A stretch of 63,988 nucleotides of DNA, the filler included, from Reticulomyxa filosa (taxonomy: Eukaryota; Protista; Foraminifera), in assembly GCA_000512085.1 (NCBI GenBank). It is 14 parts of 14 records of this genome, joined end to end, with 100 filler letters (N's around TTAATTAATTAA, not from the genome) between each part and the next. Parts side by side here need not be neighbours in the genome. Positions count along the whole stretch, not along the records: positions 1 to 5,455 come from ASPP01019149.1; positions 5,556 to 7,949 come from ASPP01005341.1; positions 8,050 to 11,475 come from ASPP01028870.1; positions 11,576 to 19,157 come from ASPP01010277.1; 10 more parts are not named here. One strand, given 5' to 3'. Under the pieces are notes generated by a model. That model was not told where the DNA came from. It saw only the letters and a program-made list of their open reading frames with translations, and did no database searches. Of this stretch, positions 1 to 12,086 are shown piece after piece. Numbering within the stretch: position 1 is the first letter of the stretch; each line of letters opens with the position of its first letter. Made by a program: the position numbers and the translations under genes.

Positions 1-41
1 GTGCCATTTAGGTATGGCAGTTTTTTTTGCAATCTACTGTA
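1..41 (-). mobile_element. Tc1/mariner-like TIR end (copy 1)
   Basis: Reverse complement reads TA-CAGTAGATTGCAAAAAAAACTGCCATACCTAAA, matching the copies at 260-336, 5556-5598 and 22070-22149. It ends in TA. Confidence 0.6.
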
Positions 42-259
42 CAACGCTAATTTTTAAAAAAGTATCTACGTGAATTGAAGATTCCTAAAAAAAAACAAGA
101 TTTAAACATTTCATCTGGCAATATATGCATTCATGTGAAATTTTGAAAAATCATATAATAAACGATGTTTTTGATCAACCTAGAAAAAGTTTTATAAAAC
201 CAAGTTCATATTTAAAAATTATAAAACTTGTATTTTTTCAAAATTAAATTTAAAGGTTT

Positions 260-336
260 ATTTTTCATAGAGAAAATCGATTCTCTTCATAGAAATGACA
301 TTTAGGTATGTCATTTTTTTTTTGTAATCTACTATA
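260..336 (-). mobile_element. Tc1/mariner-like TIR end (degenerate copy 2)
   Basis: TTTTTCATAGAGAAAATCGATT...TTTAGGTATGTCATTTTTTTTTTGTAATCTACTA-TA is the degenerate reverse complement of 22070-22149. Confidence 0.55.
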
Positions 337-476
337 GATACATTTGTTGTTATTGTTTATGATTATTGAAAAAAAAAGATATGAGTGTATATAGATTTAG
401 ATAAAAAAAAGAAACAGAATAGATAGAATATAAAGTTTATTTAGTATTTTTCCAATTAAGAACACAAAAGTCTGTG

Positions 477-2878
477 TAAAACCACAACTCAGTCTTAATT
501 TTTTAAATAACATTGGAAATAATTGAATTGTATTTGTTTTAAATATTTTTTTTTTCAGCTTTATCTGCTTATTTTTTTTTTTTTTACAAAAATCTTAAAA
601 TTTATCGAACATACACTCCAAATTTTGATTGAAATTTGTAAAAAAAAATTTGGAGTCAAAAGTACCTTTTTAAATATTATAATTTTTATATATTCAAACT
701 TTGTATAAAAAAATCATGAGCCTGAGTGTTAAAGGTAAATGATAAAGTCTTTGTGCTCAAGTTCATGTTCTCTTCCATTTGTTTGTTGTGAAAAGAAGAC
801 AACAACCCAAGCGAATCAAGTCATACAAGCTCATCTACAAATGGATCAAATATTATTACGACAAACGAATCTCAATCAAGTCACCAAAGCCAGGATACAG
901 TTTTGTGAGATAGGAGATTTATTCATTTGTATGTAGCAAATCTTGTAAAAAAAAATAATGTTGTTATGTATTTCCAAGGGAATTAACAGCTATTTGACAG
1001 CCGACAGTATAAAGGTTTGTAAATAGTAAAACACTTTAATGCATTGCCTTTATATTTACTTTTGCTATAAAAATTGCCTTTAAGAAGACATATTTAATAG
1101 AACGAAAAAAAGGACACAATTAATAATGGAGATATGCTTTTATCGAAATTTAATAAACATGTTAATCTCATAGTTCCTTTATTTTTTATTTTAAAAAAAT
1201 AAGATGAATGAAAATTAACAAATTAATAATTGCATAGCAGCAAAAAATATAACGTATCTGTTTTTTTTTGTCATCCTGGAAAATAATGGAAGGTATCCGA
1301 CCAATATAAGACATCATCACAAATGCCCGATACATCAGATGTCCAGGCAAAAGAATATCATTACGAAAATACAGTAAATCATCAACAAATATCTACAACT
1401 AGCCAAAATAATGCCTCCATGCGAAGACCTACCAGTCAAAACCTGCCTGATTGTAAAAACTCAAGTTTAAATGCAGCTATTAGTAGTTTTTATTAGAGTT
1501 TCGATTTTTTTACGGTGTGGAGTGACTTTTGAGTTTTTTATAAACTTCAAAAAAAATAAATGCTTGAATTTTTTTGTTGTAGGATTCTTTCACTTTTATG
1601 TTTTCGTTTTGCTTTCAAATTATCACAACAAAAGGAGCATCCATGAAAGAATCCATTACAAATCCATAATTTGCTTGTATAAGATCAAACAGATAAATCT
1701 GATTCTAAAAAAAGTCTGTATGATAAACCTATCCACCGAAAGATGAAATCTTTTTTCTTCTTAAAACTTTAAAAATATTATAAAAACGCAAGCATTTATT
1801 TTTTTTGAAGTTTATAAAAAACTCAAAAGTCACTCCACACCGTAAAAAAATCGAAACTCTAATAAAAACTACTAATAGCTGCATTTAAACTTGAGTTTTT
1901 ACAATCAGGCAGGTTTTGACTGGTAGGTCTTCGCATGGAGGCATTATTTTGGCTAGTTGTAGATATTTGTTGATGATTTACTGTATTTTCGTAATGATAT
2001 TCTTTTGCCTGGACATCTGATGTATCGGGCATTTGTGATGATGTCTTATATTGGTCGGATACCTTCCATTATTTTCCAGGATGACAAAAAAAAACAGATA
2101 CGTTATATTTTTTGCTGCTATGCAATTATTAATTTGTTAATTTTCATTCATCTTATTTTTTTAAAATAAAAAATAAAGGAACTATGAGATTAACATGTTT
2201 ATTAAATTTCGATAAAAGCATATCTCCATTATTAATTGTGTCCTTTTTTTCGTTCTATTAAATATGTCTTCTTAAAGGCAATTTTTATAGCAAAAGTAAA
2301 TATAAAGGCAATGCATTAAAGTGTTTTACTATTTACAAACCTTTATACTGTCGGCTGTCAAATAGCTGTTAATTCCCTTGGAAATACATAACAACATTAT
2401 TTTTTTTTACAAGATTTGCTACATACAAATGAATAAATCTCCTATCTCACAAAACTGTATCCTGGCTTTGGTGACTTGATTGAGATTCGTTTGTCGTAAT
2501 AATATTTGATCCATTTGTAGATGAGCTTGTATGACTTGATTCGCTTGGGTTGTTGTCTTCTTTTCACAACAAACAAATGGAAGAGAACATGAACTTGAGC
2601 ACAAAGACTTTATCATTTACCTTTAACACTCAGGCTCATGATTTTTTTATACAAAGTTTGAATATATAAAAATTATAATATTTAAAAAGGTACTTTTGAC
2701 TCCAAATTTTTTTTTACAAATTTCAATCAAAATTTGGAGTGTATGTTCGATAAATTTTAAGATTTTTGTAAAAAAAAAAAAAATAAGCAGATAAAGCTGA
2801 AAAAAAAAATATTTAAAACAAATACAATTCAATTATTTCCAATGTTATTTAAAAAATTAAGACTGAGTTGTGGTTTTA
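477..2878. repeat. Large inverted repeat: arms 477-1566 and 1789-2878 (1,090 bp each), 222-bp spacer
   Basis: Paired coordinates sum to 3355 at both ends. Mirror ORFs 523-708/2647-2832 and 739-936/2419-2616 give identical translations. A degenerate outer extension pairs ~345-445 with ~2884-2963. Confidence 0.95.
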
Positions 2879-3006
2879 TACAAACTAAATCAACTTTATA
2901 TCTTTTTTTATCCAAATCTATACACATTCATATCTTTTTTTTCAACAATCATAAATAATAACAAACATATCCACATACCTTTTATGTGCTAATCTTTTAA
3001 AGAGAA

Positions 3007-3192
3007 TGTAGGGCAAGTCCTTATTATAGGTTCCAAAGTTCTAAGGAAACCTTAGAGCCTCCTAGTGGGTTAGACTTTTTTCACAACACAACTCACTTTT
3101 CTCTCTTGGTTTACTCTTTTCTTTTTTTTGTTGTAATTATTTCTTATTAGGTCACTTTCGTATTACGCTTAGTACCACTCACTATTCCTACA
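3007..3192. mobile_element. Solo-LTR-like element (TG...CA) with 4-bp TSD AGAA
   Basis: Starts TGTAGGG and ends CCTACA. AGAA flanks it at 3003-3006 and 3193-3196. Homologous to 53929-54152. Confidence 0.8.
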
Positions 3193-3557
3193 AGAAGGTA
3201 ACTATAAATACTTACCAAAAACAAAAAATTATTTCAAATATACTGTTATCATGAAAAAAGTGATTTTGATATTCTCAAGGTATATCAACGATGTATCTAT
3301 TTCTGAAGCCGTTTTTGACATTAAATATATCAAGATTTCAATAAATATCTTCGTTAGCTTAGCAATGTCGTTCGTGCCATAAAACAACATTCCTAAAATC
3401 AGTATATGCGATCAAGCAAATAAAAAGACATCACCAAAAAAAAAGTGACAATGGAAAAATATGATGAAATAAAAAAACATTACAAGTTGATGATTAAAAT
3501 GTTAAAATATTAAAGTATTATCTTTTTCAGAGTATACTATAATATGTGTTTGGCGTA

Positions 3558-5455
3558 TCATACTTTGTCTTGTCCACTTAAAAATTGTATTTGTTTGCTA
3601 TTTTTTTTTAAAAGTTGAATCATGTTATCGGACCCACTCAAGCGAATAGCAGCTTCCACAGGCGTTTCCTTCATCTGTACATTTTCACATATTCGCGGAC
3701 ATTGACAACATTTTAAGTGTAGACAATATATTCATACCAAAGCTTCATTTTTCTGCTCCAGCAAATTATTCCACACCTCTTCAGGCACTTGTCCTCGCAA
3801 GTACATCAAGTTGCTTAATGTGTTAATATTTTCGCTCAACACAACCAGATGTATCATATTTAGACCTTCGAAGTCATGATATTTTTTCTGTTCCCATCAT
3901 ACGTTCAAACAAAAAAAACCCATTCACACTAATATGAAGAGATTTTATAAACAGACAAACATTTGTTGTCATCTTCCAAAAATTTGGGTTTTCGTTGTTC
4001 TTTGTTATTAGCAAAGACATAATGTCTTCACTCATTTCAGGAGACTTCCATAGTGCGTACATCAAAGGCGTTCGGCCGTACTAAATGTGAATTTGTAATT
4101 GCATTATTCTTTATGTAATGATGCATTGAAATTAAAACAACACCAAAAAAAATGTACATTACACTTTATTTCTTTTCTTTAGCTCAACTTCGTCAGGTGT
4201 GACAACAAGATTCTCCCAAGATTCATCAGGCAAATATTTTCTCATTAACTTTAATCGTTCCCCTACACTTGGCAAAGGATTGTTGAACATTAAGTGCAGT
4301 ATATTTTTTCCAATCTATTTTTTTTTGAGGATTTCTTTTTGTGTTTCAGATGTGACACATAAATAAATCTATTTCAATAAAAAAAAGTGTTAACTCCATA
4401 TTCATTACACTTGTATTCCCAGAACTCGTGGTTCTGTTCGTAATTTTCTGGAATAAGTGCTTTTATGATATTGTCATTCAATTCTGATTGGTATATTAGT
4501 GCATTCATCAATGGAGTCAATCCTTGCTATTTTTTCAAGCAAACCAATTCTGTGTATTTTTTTATACATTCAAATTCATATATGTAGCCACATATGTGTA
4601 TATTGTACGTGTATAATACATACATTAGTGTCTCGAGTTTTGATAAACTTTTGCCAATTGCCTTTACCGATCTCTTCTTTCATCCAGTTCAAAAGCTCCA
4701 AGACATTAACATTCGTATTTCGGACAGCAAAACTGATGCAAGAGTATCCCTCCTGTAATGTATATCAAAACAAGATAGTTGATCGTTTCGTTTCGTTTGT
4801 CATACATATACATAATACTATAAATTCGTTTCTTAACATTGTTCAATGTATTCCATACAAACTTGTCCGTTTCATTGGAAGGGGAAGGGGAAGGAATGAA
4901 GAGTTTAATGCATTCGATAGACCTTTGCTTGGACAGGGCATGCATTAAGGCGTATGTACCCTTCTCATCCTTTGTGATGAGTTGAGATTGAACAAACTTG
5001 CCAAGAAAAAAAATATCTTTGTTATCTTCATCTTTTTTGGAAAAAAGCGCATTGGCATAATCATAGGTGACGTTGGAATTGTTGGCCATCTGTGATATGA
5101 AATTTTCACCATTAGGACCGAGCGAGCGAATAAGCGACGAACGGTGGAACTCGTTGGGAAAATAAAACATAAGATTGGCCATGTCTCTGCGATTGAACGA
5201 GGCAATTTGCAATTGTTTGTCGAATGGCAACTTATCCATAATCTCGAAAGAGCCCAGTATAAACGATTCTTGTCTCCATATCTCATAAAAAGGATGCGTT
5301 TCGTGATTGAAAACTGACATGATTTTAAACAGGAACTGCACTTCACCGACAATGCTCTTTCCATCCTTTTTAAATAAAAGATTTATTTTCACGTCTTTGT
5401 ACTTTTGAGGGATATTGAGTGATGTCATTTTGTTCTCTTTGTTTTTGTCATTGTC
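3558..5455 (-). CDS. RelA/SpoT-like NTase C-terminal motifs plus ankyrin-like repeats; multi-exon, 5' truncated by contig end
   Basis: YKDVKINLLF...IVGEVQFL...M...H..YE in ORF 4706-5428. Ankyrin-like GTYALMHAL, YGRTPLMYAL, GLNMIHLVV and ETPVEAA lie in downstream exons. The 3' end is approximate. Confidence 0.6.
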
Positions 5456-5555
5456 NNNNNNNNNNNNNNNNNNNNNNNNNNNNNNNNNNNNNNNNNNNNT
5501 TAATTAATTAANNNNNNNNNNNNNNNNNNNNNNNNNNNNNNNNNNNNNNNNNNNN
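5456..5555. other. Artificial contig linker (also at 7950, 11476, 19158, 22150, 31688, 33455, 36919, 38923, 40695, 43694, 55906, 62873; each 100 nt)
   Basis: N44-TTAATTAATTAA-N44 occurs 13 times and gives stops in all six frames. Confidence 0.98.
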
Positions 5556-5598
5556 AAGATATGTTTTAAGCGTACAAGATACGTTGCAACCTACTGTA
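5556..5598 (-). mobile_element. Tc1/mariner-like TIR end (copy 3) at contig start
   Basis: Reverse complement TACAGTAGGTTGCAA is identical to 22070-22084 and is followed by a related ..ACGCTTAAAACATATC segment. Confidence 0.65.
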
Positions 5599-6400
5599 GT
5601 TAACAAATCACTATGTCATAGATAAAATTTTTCTTTGGCCTTCCAAAATTAGCAAGAGAATTTATAAATTGTCAAAAAGTGTGTTTATCTACACATAATA
5701 TACGTGCAAATCTTTCATAAGAAAGACAATGTTTTGATAAGTATTACCTTTTCAAGTAAAGTTCATAAAAAAAAGGAAGTAATGACTGAAATGGGAAAAG
5801 AATTCGAAAATGAATATGTTTAACAATTGGAATTTTCGTCGGCAAAGGTTAATGTAAGAGCATTAAATCCATGTTTATCAATAGCTCCGCTTTTTCTAAT
5901 AGGGGTTGTAGTAGTGGATTGCTTCAAGTACATTTACTCCGGTCTGTTACAAGAGTATGGATCTCATGCAACTGTGAACGGGATAACGGGAGTTGGAATC
6001 TGGTTCTTAATCAACATACCTTCATCAAAACTATATGCGGACCCTCTCCAGGCTACGTACCCACTAAAGTGTCGAAATTTGACAACCGAATACTACAAAC
6101 AAACACAACCCGGAAATGAAAACTCAGAAAACAATTCGCTACTGTTCTAAATGCAAAATTGAAAAGCCTTGGCGAGCAAATCATTGCAGTATCTGCAAAA
6201 GATGAGTACAAAAAAAAAAAAAAAAAAAGATTGATCGAAATAATAATGCACTTCTTCTCTTTGAAAATAATTTATGAGACATACATTTGGTTCCAATGAA
6301 TTTCTTTTTAATAGATGTGCCGTCGGGCTTGTTCGGACAACAAAGTCAAAACTACTAGGGTTAGGTCTGTTGGTCAAATGAATTAAGTTTGGACTAGGCC

Positions 6401-7723
6401 ATGTTCGAACTGTTGCACACTACGGCCAACGTGGTAGGCAGGAGTCTGCGCAGCTTGATGGAGTGGGTCGCGAGCCTAATGACTTGGAGAAGGCACATTC
6501 GAAGTGGTTGGAGTCGCCGTTGTTCATCAATAGGCCGCGAGATGCAATTGTCGGAACAAGGCAAGGACAACAGCAAAGAGAACAAGAAGGAGCATGTGGA
6601 AAACAAGGTACTACAAAGTCATTTGAAGCCCAAGATAAGTGGAGATATCCCCCCCCCTTTGTCCTCGTGGTCTACAGTGGTATCACATCAAAGTTTCTTA
6701 GAATACTTGGACGTGATGAAGACTACCGATTTTGCGCGGAAGATGTTTGATCAGTTGAAAAAAGAAGCGACCGATCGCAAGGGAGAAAGGATCGTGGATC
6801 AAACCATTTTGTATGCCATTGCCGCACTTTTGAAGCACTTGGGCTTGGTCGAAATTGCCAGAAAGTTTGCTCCTGGTTCGGTATTCCACCACACCACCGA
6901 GTCAAACGCAAAATCAGTGGAATCAAAAGCTGCTGTTTGTATTCAAATTGGCCAAACGTCTTCGGCAATGGGGTTTACCAACGAGAAGCAATCGCTGTAG
7001 CAAAACTACGAGCGAATGATCGTGGAGGCCAAAGAAAAGGGCGAGAAATAAATGGAAGGTCTGTGTTACGAAATGATCGAAAAAGTCAAGTTTTTGTTGT
7101 ACATACGTCCCTACTGTCGAATGTACATGGAAGGGCACATCACATCGGACGAAGAGCTGCCCGACTTTTCCTTTGCCTTGCAGATTTCAAAGCTGCAGTC
7201 GCTTGAGAGACACGCATCGAGCATAAAGTCCGGTTTGGATTCGTGGAAAGCCGCCTTTTTGACATGGCAGACATTGAACAATATGCTGTTTTATAAGAAG
7301 CAAAGGAAGGAGAAGCAAAGTCATCAAATGTCGCTTCCCGACATTGTTAGTCACTTTTCTCCAGTCCAGCACACCACTCCAAACGTTCTTGAGGTTCATC
7401 GAAACCAATCAGACGCGAGAGCTGCTTCGTTAGCAACACTTTGCACAAACTGCTGGAACTGGCCGATCTCCACAAAGACACGGAAATGAAGGCCAAAGGC
7501 AGGGCTTTGATCGTGCTGCGTGAATAGTGTTATCCAATTCGCGAATTCGGAGATAAAGACAGATCATTTCCTGGGTCACATCGAATCGTACGGTGAAACG
7601 GTCGGGCGATCGGTGAGCAAGAACTGGGAGACACTGTATGACTACTTCACATACCTGACCAAAAGTGTTGACATCATATTGGTAATGAAACAGCATGCCT
7701 TAAATAGCTGGGGATTGTCTTGA
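6401..7723 (+). pseudogene. Fragment of a giant HERC2/HECTD4-like protein, broken reading frame
   Basis: AIAALLKHLGLV, EMIEKVKFLLYIRP, HFLGHIESYG..V...W..LY and ALNSWGL are spread over ORFs 6401-7000, 7052-7489 and 7520-7723, separated by stops or frameshifts. Confidence 0.4.
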
Positions 7724-8180
7724 CAAGGCGAAGAGTGATTTGTTTCCACCTGCAAACTCATCACCTTTGAAACTGCGTAAGATGTCGCCATTCATGTTTT
7801 GCACAAACCAATGTTACTTTATCGATGTGTGTTTGATTCCAGTTCAAAAGAGGATTTGCATCAAATTAGAAAAAGTTTATTGATGATGAAAAAGTTCATT
7901 TGAGATTAAGTTACAAGGATTTAACTGAAACAAATCATAGGTGTATTTANNNNNNNNNNNNNNNNNNNNNNNNNNNNNNNNNNNNNNNNNNNNTTAATTA
8001 ATTAANNNNNNNNNNNNNNNNNNNNNNNNNNNNNNNNNNNNNNNNNNNNCCCCTCCCCTTTTTTTCCCCCTTTATTATAGTTATATTGGTAAAACTTATT
8101 CTACCTTTGTTTATGTTCATATTTATATCACATTACATATATGCATATACACACATAAAAAAAAAAAAAAAAAAAAAAGA

Positions 8181-9540
8181 GATTGGACACCGGAAGAGAC
8201 GAACAAACTATTTATGACCGCCACCAAGTGCGGAGAAAATGACACATTTGCATGTATTTGAACATGTGCAAGATTTTTTAATTTTATTATTACTTTTTAA
8301 AAAAAGAAAAAAAATACAAATATGTGTGACTTATCTTCAAAAGAAAATTCAACAAAGTTTTTTTAAATAAATAAATAAATAAAAAATAAAAAATAAAAAA
8401 AATAGAAAAGTGTCGGCGGCTTTGGAAGGTCGAACAATACTTCAATGCTGGCATCGTGTTCGTCGTAACTTTACACCCGACGGACGGCTTTACGATCACT
8501 ATTTGTACTGGACAGAAATGGACGAGCTGACCCTAGTATTGTGTGAGAAAGTGTATGACTCGCACTGGTGTGCGGCGGTGCAAATGCCTTCCAAATTCAA
8601 AGAGTATTTTGAAAAAGAATCGAAACGAATAAATCACACGATTCAATCGATTTGGGCTATCCCTTTGACGCCTTTGGACATTATTTCCATTTTGATTAAG
8701 TTATTTCCAAGACAGTACTCTACTATTAATATACACAAACAAACAAATAATTGAATAATTAAATAAATGCAAAGGACGAAAGAAATTGGTTGGGGCAATT
8801 GGCTCCACTTGTCCTTTATATTGAGTTATCCTCGGTGTACTGATTATCTGAGCAAGTTGATGCACAGCATTTTTGGAGAGGCGTCACGCTTTCGAGATGA
8901 AGCCACTTATTACGACGTTTTGAGCGCATTCAGAAAATTGCATCAAGCTTGTGAATCGCTATGGCAACTTCAACCTTTGATTGTTTCTCACCCCGACAAT
9001 GACGCTAATAGCGTAGCTACGATCGCTAGTGATAGTAATAACAATAGTAATAATAATAATAATAATAATAATGATAATAATAATAATGATAATGATAACG
9101 ATAACAGTAACAATGAACAGGACAGACAATACATTGAAAATGAAATAAATGCGTTACAACAAAGAATTGAAAGCATGTGCCATAGCTTTCGATTCCAAGA
9201 TTACGTGTTTCAAATGTTTGAAGAAGAACGGGAACTTAAGAAGAAAGAATTGCAAGCATTTGAGCAAAAGTTCTGTCGCAAAAGAAAACTGAAGGAGTGC
9301 GAAGGGAAGGAAGAGTGCACTGCTTCGTCACCTTCCAAACGTGTATGTGAGCAACCGGCACAGCAAAGCAAAAAGCGACTGCTGAAATGGGCCCCTTTCA
9401 CGCCCAACACCTCCAGACTTTTGACTGAAAAAGAGCTCGTCAAAAAGATAATGAACAAACTTGGATTAAAATATCCAATCAATGGACAGCAGTCATACAC
9501 ACAATCATTACCATTACTATCACAAACACAATTACAATTA

Positions 9541-9573
<33 letters not shown>

Positions 9574-9747
9574 CGTAGTAGTAATAGTAATGGTCACTTG
9601 CCCGTCGCAAGGAATAAACAACGCAGTGCTTCGCCAAAAAAGAAGACAAAACAACACAAACCAAGTCCTAAAAGACAACCAAAAAATAACACATTACCCG
9701 CCACAAAGTTAAACGGGACGGAATGCATTGACATTGCTTCAGACTAA
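8181..9747 (+). CDS. Myb/SANT-repeat protein with Asn-rich tracts; multi-exon, 5' incomplete
   Basis: DWTPEETNKLF, then VSAALEGRTILQCWHRV...YWTEMDELTLVLCEKVYDSHW, give the tandem Myb-repeat Trp pattern. The C-terminus is basic. Confidence 0.7.
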
Positions 9748-10271
9748 TTTTACATGTCTGTGTTGTTATTGTGTTGCGCCTGCGTCCTCATTTCCTCGAT
9801 ACTCTTCCTACCTTTACGATCTACTGTCACCTCTTTCTTCCCGTTCGTCTAAAGATTTTCACGCAACGATTATTTTAGTTTCTCTTTTTTTTTTTAAAAA
9901 GTTTGCATCCAAAGTACTATTTTTAAGAGCTAATGCCGAATCATAAACACTTGATCAAATGTATAACAAATGTTTTGATATCGACTTAATTAGCCTTGAA
10001 GAATTTGCAAACTTGAATAAGAAACATTACTTTTTTTTTTTAGGAGCATTAATCTTGCACTAAACAATGATTAAAAACATTTCTATTTATTTTATTCGTG
10101 ACTAATTGTTTGACTTTGTTCCTGATCAAATGTGGCCTCCCCACAAAAAAAACTTTGTCTGAACGTGTTATGGTTCAAGGCAAAAAAATGGGGAAGATTT
10201 TGGAAAAAAAAAACCTTCGGCGATAACGCTGGAGCCAGTTTGGATATGATTTTTTGAATCTTAAAAAAGCG

Positions 10272-11361
10272 ATGACTAAACCAGTAGAGAAAAATGCCTT
10301 GAAATATCAGGAATATCTGGAAGAGCAACTTGAAGACGTAGTCGCAAAGGACACAACAAAAAAGTACTACGAGCGTGCGAATGAAATTGTCTCCACTTTG
10401 CTCGAGAAGAGTAAAGAGATATCACATCACGATAAAAAAAGTCCATTTTCATGTATTTACGGCGTGATACTATCAGGATGCGTCCAAAAGCAACTCGCCG
10501 TTCCCAATATGTCTTGTGGATATTTGGTATTTTTGTATTACTTAAAAGAAAAGCATTTGGACAATAGCGAAATGGATTCACATCAAAAAAAGCACAAAGA
10601 CATATTGAGTTGGATTAAGCAAAGTGTTGACAAAATAAGAAAAGAGCTTTGTACAAATAAAATAAAAATATTGAAACATTCAAAGTCATCATTGAAGATC
10701 AAATGGAAAGGATTGGAATACCATATAGCAATAGCTTGGACTTTTTCAAAACGACAATATTGTGCGTTTCATTACACTCAAGACAATGTTCACGTATATC
10801 CATTTTCTTTGGAGCAATTACAAATGGCTGCCAATGATTTGATTGACGAAGCACCAATACATCACAAACGTATAAAAAATGTGGGCAAAGCCAATAAAAA
10901 ATGGAGGACATTTTTGGAACACAATCTGTGTGCTTCACTTTCATTGCTTCGAGTATATTATATGAGAGAGGAATTGGTTGGAAGAAATACTCGATTGGCC
11001 GTGTTGTTTTTGAAAATATGGCAACACGTTGTAATGAAAGATAGACCACAACAACAACAACAACAACAATGTCTTTCCAATAACTCTTTGGAAATCATTT
11101 GTGCGCATCTACTTGAGCAACTGGAAAAGACATGCCAGCCCGATGTTGCTGTTCCTGCTTTGGACATCATTCACGCCTTCTTCAAACTGATGGCACGGTT
11201 TCTGAGACGCACCGGCGACAGTGCAAATGAGATCGTCGTACTGATCGAATGGCCGCATCGCGACGGTCAATCTGAATGTTTGGTTACCACAAGAGAGATC
11301 AACCGCTACAAAAGCAAAGTCGATTCAGAAGAATTTGTCGTTGTGGATAACCTCATTATAC
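10272..11361 (+). CDS. OAS-like nucleotidyltransferase paralog, predicted catalytically dead; 3' exon(s) lost at contig end
   Basis: Colinear with 31788-33454: GVILSGCVQKQLAV, TRLAVLFLKIW, SLEIICAH, VVDNLII. The DGD positions read CGY and the third Asp is His. A probable donor lies at 11362. Confidence 0.7.
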
Positions 11362-12086
11362 GTTAACAAAAAAAAAAAAAGGGGAGAGTTGGGAAAAATG
11401 GAGGAGAAGGGAAGAGATAGTAGTGCAAGTGTGTGCATATACATAACATATATATATACATATATATATATATATNNNNNNNNNNNNNNNNNNNNNNNNN
11501 NNNNNNNNNNNNNNNNNNNTTAATTAATTAANNNNNNNNNNNNNNNNNNNNNNNNNNNNNNNNNNNNNNNNNNNNGTTTTATGGTAAGGTCAACTGACAA
11601 ACATAAAGTAAAGTGAATCCAACAAATGATCTGAAAGACTTTTTATCTCGTTCATTTCTTAAAAGTGTTCTTATTCGCTCCCGTTTTCTCCTCTTTTTTT
11701 TTTGTTGGCTGCTTTAATGACAAACGGATAAGTGACTCCAATATGACGTGTTTCTTTTTTGTTGTGCAAAGATGACGTGGTACATGAGGTGTTTTTTTGT
11801 TGTTGATTTTCTTTTTTTCCTCTCAGACAACAACAAACCCTCCTCACACGCAAAAGTTAACTTTTTTACCCAAAACAAATTAATAACATTTATGATTGAT
11901 CAATCTGTTTAATGCAATTATAAATTTGTGTCACTTAGTGAAGAATAGGAAATGCAAGTCTTAAAACTGGCAACTCCTTTTTTTAGCAAAGTTCGATGTA
12001 CAAAGGAGAACGAGGGGGCTAAAAGAAAGACAAAAAAAAACAACGATAAGTCTTGATTATTTGGTTCGATAATAATTTTTAAAAAA

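Noticed and set aside
523-936. Duplicated small proteins (61 and 65 aa) on both strands
   Set aside because: A consequence of the inverted repeat; AT-rich, with no domain features.
5456-5555. Repeated TTAATTAATTAA flanked by Ns as a biological repeat or CRISPR-like array
   Set aside because: It is an identical 100-nt artificial six-frame-stop linker between contigs.
8988-9664. Poly-Leu, poly-Tyr or poly-Ile ORFs as membrane proteins (also near 15540, 30596, 20156)
   Set aside because: They are antisense or off-frame translations of (AAT)n and (GAA)n microsatellites inside real exons.
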